62,259 nucleotides of DNA. It comes from a virus (Duplodnaviria > Caudoviricetes). This document shows, in pieces, positions 54,938 through 62,259 of this stretch (its first letter is position 1; every line of letters begins with the position of its first letter). Under the pieces are notes generated by a model, which ran no database searches, was not told the DNA's origin, and worked only from the letters and a program-made list of their open reading frames with translations. The stretch is taken from positions 1-62,259 of IMG/VR virus record IMGVR_UViG_3300026068_000006, one strand, 5' to 3'. Position numbers and translations under genes: made by a program.

Positions 54938-55432
54938 ATGGTAGCCGAGCTATACAAAAGCATCAGACCAAAAAGTAAACTATCCTCCAAAAAGGTTAGA
55001 GCGCAATTGCTTAATGCTCTGAGAACCGAAGGAAAAGTAATTGTCGCAGAACTGGATAAAACGACCAGAACGTGGAAGGGGGATAAGCCTACGTTCAAAT
55101 TCGAGCTATCATTTGCGGGAGGGGATGTTACACTTTTGATTGGGCCGGGTGGAAATACTCACGGGGCGCAGAAATGGGTTTGGCTGAACGAAGGAACCAA
55201 GCCTCATATTATCCGGGCCAGAAATGCGCCACTGCTTAGATTCCGAACCACGTTTGTCCCAAAAACCAAGGTTGGCGTTTTTGCATCTGGACCGGGACGT
55301 ATCGCTCCCCCATGGCGGTCAACGTTTTCGGTCAACCATCCCGGCAATGCGGCGCGAGAATGGTCATCCAAGATCGTACAGCGTCGCAAAAAGAAATTTA
55401 GAGTAACCATATTGCAAGCGGCAAAGGTATAG
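54938..55432 (+). CDS. HK97 gp10-like tail/neck protein
   Basis: WLNEGTKPHII...VNHPG; basic. Confidence 0.65.
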   Translation: MVAELYKSIRPKSKLSSKKVRAQLLNALRTEGKVIVAELDKTTRTWKGDKPTFKFELSFAGGDVTLLIGPGGNTHGAQKWVWLNEGTKPHIIRARNAPLLRFRTTFVPKTKVGVFASGPGRIAPPWRSTFSVNHPGNAAREWSSKIVQRRKKKFRVTILQAAKV

Positions 55433-55434
55433 AG

Positions 55435-58400
55435 ATGGCATTAGAACAGGCCGGCATATCGTTAGAGGCTCAAGGTTTTAGCGATTACATAAAAAAACTT
55501 GATGCTATCGACAAACGACAAAGAGCGGTTTTTGAGACGCAATTTAAAGACACCGGCAAAAGTTACGATCAGGTTACGGCGGCGGCCAAAAAATATGAAG
55601 CCGAATTAAAACGCCTGACAACGACTGAGGAGAAAGCTGCCAAACAAGCCGAAGCTTTAGCGGCCGCACAGCAAAGACAGGCCGGAAAAGCTCAAGTTGG
55701 TAGCGGTGTAAAAAGTGTTTTCTCCGGCGACGTTACGGGGGGTGTCAGTGATATTGCCGGTGGTCTAAAAGCGATTGGACCGACGGCCGCAGTAGCGACG
55801 GCCGGCATTGCCGCTTTGACGGTTGGCGCAGTAGCTGCCGGTGCAGCAATAGTGGCAATAGGAGCAGGCGCGGTCAGTCTGGCCAATCAAACTGATCAAG
55901 CGACAAAGCAGATTTCAGCCAGTCTTGGAATTACAGCGGTCCAGGCAGCGGATAGATATGGCGAGGCGTTACGGAATATTTATGCCGACAATCCCAAAGC
56001 CCAGTTTGAGCAAATTGCGGAAGCTATCGCCCTGACCGAGCGGGCACTTGATCTTGACACGGCAGGAATAGAACAAGTGGCAAGCGATGCGCTTAAAATA
56101 AGTCAAGTGTTTGGCAAAGATGTTCAAAAGACAATTGGGGCAACTGAACAGTTAGTCGAACAATTTGGTCTGACCGGACAACAAGCTACAGACCTATTAA
56201 CGTTTGGTCTGCAAAATATTCCGGCCGAGGATTTGATTGACAGTATCAGCGAATACTCCAATCAATTTGCTCAAGCTGGTTTTTCGGCTGATGAGTTTTT
56301 TAGCATTTTATCAACTGGCGCGGCTGGGGGAGTTTTAGGGACTGACAAGGCAGGTGATGCGGTCAAGGAATTCCAGATCAGATTTTTAGAAGGCAACAAA
56401 ACACTTAAAGATAGTTTTGCGACACTAGGTCTATCGTTTGATGACTTGACCACTCAAGTGTCAAGTGGCCAATTAAATGTAGCTGATGTTTTCGGCCAAG
56501 TCATTGATAGGATTAAAGAGGTTGATTTAAGCGTTGCTTCCAATAGGGCCGCAGTAGCCGGGTTGGGGACGCAATTTGAGGATTTGGGCGCAGCGGCTTT
56601 TGCGGCCCTTGATCTTGACGCTATTGGATTTGCAGATGTGGCCGGATCAGCAGATAAACTGGACGAACAGTTTAACAATTTAGGTGATGCGTTTACCAGC
56701 ATCAAGAGGAGTTTCCTACTCGCTTTTGAGCCTATTGGAAAACTGCTTTTGGATTTGGCGTCTTCCGCTGTGCCACTGATAAAGTCAGCTTTTGAATCTA
56801 TCAGGCCGGGATTGGAATCGTTTTCTCAAGGCACTGTGGGGTTGGTCAATACGTTACAGGAGCGATTTGGGCCGGCCGTAGAAAGTGTCAGGGAATCAAT
56901 AGGTCAAATATTTACCTCGCTCAGTGCGGTTAGTAAGGCGTTCGACACGGGTGGCGCATCAGTTGATGTGTTTGGCGCAATACTGAGCGGCGTGGTAGCG
57001 GTTATTGATTTGGTGGCTAATGGAATTAGTGAGATAGCTGACGTAGTACAATTCCTACAGCCATATTTAACCAGTGCCGGTCAGACGTTCCAACAAGTAT
57101 TCGCTCTGGCCAAGGCAGGGGCAGCCGCTTTTGGTTCTATATTTGGCGATGTAGTTACGACAGCGATTGCAAGTTTGGGGACGCTAGGTAAGGCGTTCTT
57201 GAAATTTATCGAGCTTGACTTTAAGGGCGCATTATCGGAGTTAGGCGACATAGAAATATTTGATATTGGCGCATCATTGGACAAGGCAGGCCAGGCAGCA
57301 ACGGATAGTCTCAGGAATTCATTAGCAGCCGGCGAGCCGGTGGAAATACCTATTGAGGTTGACACTACGGCATTACCGTCTCCACCAGAGATGACCGCGC
57401 CGTTTGATGCGCAATCGGGAGCTATAGGCGATTCTATTGGCAGTCTGGAAGCGTATAAAGGGGCGCTTGCCCAAGCCGCAGATTTACAACGCTCATTCGC
57501 TCAGCAGGCGGAAGATGACGCCTTAAAATTAGCCAGAGCCAATGAGGATATAGCGCGCAATCAGGCCAGAGATGTAGCTAAATTACAAGAGTCTCAGGCC
57601 AGGGATAGGGATAAACTATTAAAAGATCAAGCCAAACAGCTTGATGATTTTGAGGCTGATCGGCGCAAGCAGATTACAGACGCCGAGAATGAGATTAGAG
57701 AAGCCAAGAGGCAGGCGGCCGAACAGCAAAAACGAGATCAGGATAAGCTGAATCGGGAATTGGCTCAGGCTCAGGAGAGATTTAATCTATCTCAATTGCA
57801 ATCAAGACGGCGATTCGATCTTCAGGAATCGAGATTGAGGGCCGAGGGCGACATCCTTGGGCTGAAGGAACTACGCGAAGATTTTGCACTATCGCAGCAA
57901 GAAGAAAAAGAGAATTTTGATCTGAGCAAAAAAGAGCAAATTGACAACGCTCAAGAGACGCAAAAAGAGCAGACTAAAGACCTTGAGAACAAACTGTCTG
58001 AATTAAAATCTAATCTTGAGACACAGCGGGCAGAGTTATTGGCCTCGTTTGATGAGCAGCTAATAGCGCAACAACAGGCGCAGGCGGAAGCGCAGGCGGA
58101 GCAGCAACGAGGTTTTGAAGAAGCGGCGGCGGAAAGAGCAATACAGTTAGCTCGTGAAGAAGAAGACCGGCGTATATCACAAGCACAACAACTTGAGGAT
58201 TTGGGACGCAGTTTGTCCGAGCAAAAAGGTGTGACTGCGGAGGGCGCGGCTGGTATTGCAGGCGAACTCGAAAAAGTCTTTGGGATTGAGGGCGTGGCCG
58301 ATAGCATTATGACCGGCTTTGAGGATAAAACCGAGGCCGACTTTAAGAACTTGTTTAAGAATTTGCAAGAACAGTTTAATACTTTAGTGCTTAAAACACC

Positions 58401-58755
58401 CAAAGTGGAAACGCCGAGTCTGCCATCAAGCGCCACACCGGGACCGGGTGTCGGAACGCAACCAGGCAGACTTGGCGGCGAACAGGAATTTGCGGAGGGC
58501 GGTATCGTTCAGGGGCCGTTGGGCAGTCCACAAAGAATCATTGCCCACGCCGGAGAGACTGTATTACCTACTCATAAATCGTCTTTCCAGATGGCCGCCC
58601 CAATAATCCCCAGCCAGAATCTAAACGTGAAAATGGCGGGTGGTTTTAATGTCTCAGGAGATGGGGCAGCCAACGATCAGATTTTGCAGGCGGCAATGAC
58701 CGAGATGACAGATAGCTTTAGGATTGCGATCCAACGATTAGCGAGGCGAAACTAA
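55435..58755 (+). CDS. Tape measure protein
   Basis: 1106 aa, Ala/Gly-rich and helical; EYSNQF, DKAGDAVKEF, FAEGG...AHAGETVLP. Confidence 0.92.
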   Translation: MALEQAGISLEAQGFSDYIKKLDAIDKRQRAVFETQFKDTGKSYDQVTAAAKKYEAELKRLTTTEEKAAKQAEALAAAQQRQAGKAQVGSGVKSVFSGDVTGGVSDIAGGLKAIGPTAAVATAGIAALTVGAVAAGAAIVAIGAGAVSLANQTDQATKQISASLGITAVQAADRYGEALRNIYADNPKAQFEQIAEAIALTERALDLDTAGIEQVASDALKISQVFGKDVQKTIGATEQLVEQFGLTGQQATDLLTFGLQNIPAEDLIDSISEYSNQFAQAGFSADEFFSILSTGAAGGVLGTDKAGDAVKEFQIRFLEGNKTLKDSFATLGLSFDDLTTQVSSGQLNVADVFGQVIDRIKEVDLSVASNRAAVAGLGTQFEDLGAAAFAALDLDAIGFADVAGSADKLDEQFNNLGDAFTSIKRSFLLAFEPIGKLLLDLASSAVPLIKSAFESIRPGLESFSQGTVGLVNTLQERFGPAVESVRESIGQIFTSLSAVSKAFDTGGASVDVFGAILSGVVAVIDLVANGISEIADVVQFLQPYLTSAGQTFQQVFALAKAGAAAFGSIFGDVVTTAIASLGTLGKAFLKFIELDFKGALSELGDIEIFDIGASLDKAGQAATDSLRNSLAAGEPVEIPIEVDTTALPSPPEMTAPFDAQSGAIGDSIGSLEAYKGALAQAADLQRSFAQQAEDDALKLARANEDIARNQARDVAKLQESQARDRDKLLKDQAKQLDDFEADRRKQITDAENEIREAKRQAAEQQKRDQDKLNRELAQAQERFNLSQLQSRRRFDLQESRLRAEGDILGLKELREDFALSQQEEKENFDLSKKEQIDNAQETQKEQTKDLENKLSELKSNLETQRAELLASFDEQLIAQQQAQAEAQAEQQRGFEEAAAERAIQLAREEEDRRISQAQQLEDLGRSLSEQKGVTAEGAAGIAGELEKVFGIEGVADSIMTGFEDKTEADFKNLFKNLQEQFNTLVLKTPKVETPSLPSSATPGPGVGTQPGRLGGEQEFAEGGIVQGPLGSPQRIIAHAGETVLPTHKSSFQMAAPIIPSQNLNVKMAGGFNVSGDGAANDQILQAAMTEMTDSFRIAIQRLARRN

Positions 58756-59138
58756 TGGCGATAGGCGGAACTTACAGGATTGAATCGACCACGTTGAATA
58801 AAGAATTCCCGGCGCCACCTACGACGGGTTGGGATGAACAGCCAATAGCGGGGGGTCTAAACGGAATCCCGATTAATACCGGTTACAAAATCCACACCTG
58901 GACGTTTGAAAATATGTTGGGCTCAGACTACGCTGATCTTGCCGGCCTGTTCGACGAGCAGCAAAGCGGTAATGCTCAATTGGTGACGCTTGAGACTGAT
59001 CCGTATGAGGCCGATCTAAGCTGTGAACAATATGGGACATTTGAATATACGGATTTTATCATGCAAAACATCGCGCCAAGGACACGAGGATTGCCACTTT
59101 ATGAATCTGTAACAGTTACGTTTGAGGTTTTTGCCTGA
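58755..59138 (+). CDS. Putative distal tail protein
   Basis: Directly after the tape measure gene. Confidence 0.55.
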   Translation: MAIGGTYRIESTTLNKEFPAPPTTGWDEQPIAGGLNGIPINTGYKIHTWTFENMLGSDYADLAGLFDEQQSGNAQLVTLETDPYEADLSCEQYGTFEYTDFIMQNIAPRTRGLPLYESVTVTFEVFA

Positions 59139-59614
59139 TGGCTACACCGCCTTTGCCGGCCGCGACTGTCAACAGGATAACCGCCCGCTCTCAATCAGTA
59201 CGCTGGACCGCAGTCCTACGTGAAGTGAGGGAATACAGGGCCTATATCTGTGACATCGATTCGGATACGATCATGGGTATCGCCTATCCGCCTATACCTA
59301 TTGTCGATCTTGACCCCAATCCGATCTGCCTGGGGTCAACGATGGATTGGGATTTGTCGGCCAGTTACGCACCGGGTGATACGATTGCCAGTTACGCCAT
59401 TGATTTTGGGGATACCAATAGTGATACCGGACAGTCGGGTAGCCACACTTATGGAGCGGCCGGCAGTTATACGGTGACTGTAACAATTACCTCTACGGCC
59501 GGTCTGGTTATGGTAGCCACTGAGGAGGTTAACGTGATCGACTGTACTGATACGTTGTTGTTGGATTATATATACGCCAGCACTGACGGGTCTGGCGTAT
59601 TTTACTGGGAGTAA
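59138..59614 (+). CDS. PKD-domain tail protein
   Basis: YAIDFGD...SHTYGAAGSYTVTVTIT. Confidence 0.8.
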   Translation: MATPPLPAATVNRITARSQSVRWTAVLREVREYRAYICDIDSDTIMGIAYPPIPIVDLDPNPICLGSTMDWDLSASYAPGDTIASYAIDFGDTNSDTGQSGSHTYGAAGSYTVTVTITSTAGLVMVATEEVNVIDCTDTLLLDYIYASTDGSGVFYWE

Positions 59615-59616
59615 TT

Positions 59617-59994
59617 ATGACTTGGGTTGCGCGAAATAATGGCTTGACCGGCACAGCGCTAAATGTTAATTACATTATCCAGTTTCCCGGCAGCAGGAAT
59701 TTGGCAAGTCAAAATCACGAGCTATTTATCGCTACTGATGCTGGTATTTATCAGTCGCTCGATGGAGGTCGTAGTTGGGCTAAATTGACATTACCCGATC
59801 CGAGCAATGCGGAATTTGGCGATGCGCCAGCGGCCACGGTAGACGAACTAACATTCCACTGGCTGGCGTTTAGCCCAATAGGATATAACACTATGTTTGC
59901 TCTGGCCGCTAAAGATAGCGTATCGCGATTGTGGATTTATAAAACTGTTGATATCGGCTTGACTTGGACCAGCCGGGGAGTGATGACCGTCTAA
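59617..59994 (+). CDS. BNR/Asp-box tail protein
   Basis: SLDGGRSW; TVDIGLTW. Confidence 0.75.
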   Translation: MTWVARNNGLTGTALNVNYIIQFPGSRNLASQNHELFIATDAGIYQSLDGGRSWAKLTLPDPSNAEFGDAPAATVDELTFHWLAFSPIGYNTMFALAAKDSVSRLWIYKTVDIGLTWTSRGVMTV

Positions 59995-61121
59995 TGGCGC
60001 TACTGACATGGACGTTTGATGGTGGATTTGAGGGCTGGAATCTTATGCCTGTGGTCAATAATGGGGGAGTAGCTACCAGAACGCATGTGACCGGAGCGAT
60101 CAGGAATGATCTGGTAATTGTCACAGGGGCATTTTCCGAAGCCACTTGTTTTGAAATAAAATCATCTATCAATGCTCAGATAACCAATGGTGATACGATT
60201 GCTGTTGATTTTGGAGCATCGTTTGACGGGACTATTATTGGTATTGGTATTGAGGCTACATACACCGATACCACTAGCGAGATCAATACTACCGTTAGTG
60301 CTATAGCAGGTACGTTGACATTAACACTGACGCAAAATAAAATCTTGGATGAGATAAGTATTTATTTTAGTATTGGTACTGGTCCGTCCGGGCCTGGCCG
60401 CACAACTTACATGGACATGTTGGAGGTACGACTGACAACGGCCATAGCTGTTGGCGCCGAAGCAGGCAGATTACAATCGCCATTTAATTTTATTGGAGCG
60501 CAAGGAGCAGGCGCGGCCGGCGGCGCAGGGGGTGGCGCCGGAGGTAATACTGCATCTATATCGGCAGGAGGGACCTATATCTATATAGCTGCGTTTAACA
60601 ATCTTGGATTCCCGACAATGATCAGGATAGCGACGACACTGACATCAGATGGTACGGTCGTGTTCGAGCCTGGCGCAGGCGGTCGGATTGGAGTTCAGGC
60701 GGAAAAATTTACAGCGTCAAATGTCTGGGTAGCCGGTCAGTTTGATGGGACGAATACGCTAGAACGATCAGAGGATTTTGGCGCAAGCTGGACAGTCAAG
60801 GACGGGGGCGCTTTTGGCACTATCAGGACATTTGACATTGGCCCCGACAGTGATGAGAGAGTATTGATATTTGATGGTGATAATGGCGATCTGCTAGAAT
60901 CGGTAGATAGTGGAGATAATTGGTCTCTCGTAAATGGAACGGTTACGCCACTACTCAATGCAATAGGACGCAGCCCTATCGACACCAGGGAAATCGCTTT
61001 TGTCAATCAAGGAGATGTGTCCGATTCTGTCAGCTATACCGTTAATAGCGGCACAAATTTAGAGGATTATCAAACTGGTGTTTATCCCAATGCAGACGGC
61101 ACAAAGGTGATTGCCAAATAA
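59994..61121 (+). CDS. Tail protein with Gly-rich linker and Asp-box repeats
   Basis: GAGAAGGAGGGAGG; SEDFGASW; SVDSGDNW. Confidence 0.7.
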   Translation: MALLTWTFDGGFEGWNLMPVVNNGGVATRTHVTGAIRNDLVIVTGAFSEATCFEIKSSINAQITNGDTIAVDFGASFDGTIIGIGIEATYTDTTSEINTTVSAIAGTLTLTLTQNKILDEISIYFSIGTGPSGPGRTTYMDMLEVRLTTAIAVGAEAGRLQSPFNFIGAQGAGAAGGAGGGAGGNTASISAGGTYIYIAAFNNLGFPTMIRIATTLTSDGTVVFEPGAGGRIGVQAEKFTASNVWVAGQFDGTNTLERSEDFGASWTVKDGGAFGTIRTFDIGPDSDERVLIFDGDNGDLLESVDSGDNWSLVNGTVTPLLNAIGRSPIDTREIAFVNQGDVSDSVSYTVNSGTNLEDYQTGVYPNADGTKVIAK

Positions 61122-62233
61122 TGCCTATACTCAACAGTACGAATTTCATTCTCGAATCGATAGACGCCGATGGGGAGCGCGGGGGCTGGCAGGCTACCGG
61201 GTCATTTGCCAACGATCAGGCAGATGCGGTTTACGGCCGGCGCGTAGATATTTATTTTTGGCCGGAAGGGAATCGAATATGGGCCAACGATCCGTTGTTA
61301 GCGTTGTCGGGCAGCATTTTGCCGGAGGGTGTCAGATGGGACATCAGGCAAAGCGCGACCGCTTTTGGGGTGACAACGACCAATTATTTTTTGGACATCA
61401 GCGCCTTGAGAGGTATCTGGTTTACAAGCGCTGATCCTGTCACCAATCCTCATGAGTATGTCGATCTGCGATTGGGGACTATTATCAAACATATCATAGA
61501 GCAGCATAGCAATATCTCAAGCACCGGTGTGGTACAAAATGATGACGGCACATTTTCCGCGAATCCTATTGGCGGTTGGTCGGATACTACCAATATTGAC
61601 ACAACTAACAGCACGGTAGTAGATGCGTTTACAAGGCGACAAAGTAATAGCTTGTGGCAGGCGATAAAAGACATTGCTAGGAACGAGTTTTACGTGGCCT
61701 ATTTTAGTAAAGACGATGCGTTTAACTATGAGCCTCATCCTGTATTCAAGGTCGTGCTTGACCCATTTACACTGGACATAGACGCCACTATGATTGTCGG
61801 TCAGCCTGAGATAAAATTTAGAGACAAGACAGGTTTGGACCAGGCGGTTTTGGCGGCGCTGACCGATACCGGAGAGATATTAAACGCAGAGTATCCGGCC
61901 GTGACTGCAATCCAAGGCCGCAGCTTGAATATTACCAATCTCAGGTGTAATGACCAGAGTAGATTGGATGATCTGGCCCAGCGAGTTTATCTATTCGAGA
62001 GTCGGCCGTATGATTTGAGATTGCAATTGCCTGGCCCGGCTGGTCTTTATTTGGAGCTATTTGATCGAGTGTCATTGACCTATACCGGCACTGCCCGTAA
62101 TGGGGTCAGTCTCTCATTTGTTGATGAGCCATTTTTTGTTCAGCGCATCAGGGTAAATCGGATTGGCAATTTTGGGGCCATTACCGAATTGGAATTGTCA
62201 CAGGAAAATTTGAGTGGAGGGTCTTATTCCTGA
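61121..62233 (+). CDS. Putative tail tip / baseplate hub protein
   Basis: Position; LWQAIKDIA and LELFDRVSL patterns. Confidence 0.6.
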   Translation: MPILNSTNFILESIDADGERGGWQATGSFANDQADAVYGRRVDIYFWPEGNRIWANDPLLALSGSILPEGVRWDIRQSATAFGVTTTNYFLDISALRGIWFTSADPVTNPHEYVDLRLGTIIKHIIEQHSNISSTGVVQNDDGTFSANPIGGWSDTTNIDTTNSTVVDAFTRRQSNSLWQAIKDIARNEFYVAYFSKDDAFNYEPHPVFKVVLDPFTLDIDATMIVGQPEIKFRDKTGLDQAVLAALTDTGEILNAEYPAVTAIQGRSLNITNLRCNDQSRLDDLAQRVYLFESRPYDLRLQLPGPAGLYLELFDRVSLTYTGTARNGVSLSFVDEPFFVQRIRVNRIGNFGAITELELSQENLSGGSYS

Positions 62234-62259
62234 CGAAAAATTTATCACCGAAATAGAGA
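62134..62259. repeat. 126-bp terminal direct repeat (right copy)
   Basis: Identical to 8-133. Confidence 0.97.

Overview
The window is an apparently complete circular tailed-phage genome of about 62,126 bp. Bases 8-133 repeat exactly at 62134-62259, and the leading TCCGATCT looks like an Illumina adapter remnant. Modules: (1) recombination/helicase and nucleotide-metabolism genes at 2.4-14 kb, including a split UvrD; (2) a putative plasmid-type replicon at 14.2-15.5 kb; (3) a roughly 18-kb accessory region at 16.4-34.4 kb of small genes, five pentapeptide-repeat paralogs, a ParM/ParR/parC-like partition locus and a sigma-70 factor; (4) a ParB/glycosyltransferase/DNA-methylase block; (5) terminase, portal, head and long-tail genes, with a methyltransferase, a sulfotransferase and a GT2 enzyme embedded among the head genes. 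I recognised no integrase, DNA polymerase, primase or endolysin, so a plasmid-prophage lifestyle is inferred rather than shown. The most striking signal is the cassette grammar of the accessory region. Genes start behind a repeated GGCCC-loop-GGGCC hairpin fused to a Shine-Dalgarno (14 copies). They end in a conserved, covarying 54-nt hairpin (9 copies) that often supplies the stop codon, or in another structured RNA in the same slot: a canonical type II hammerhead ribozyme, a twister-like motif, or pseudoknots. Four copies of a palindrome-overlapped consensus promoter drive the region. All protein calls come from motif recognition by eye; no database search was run.
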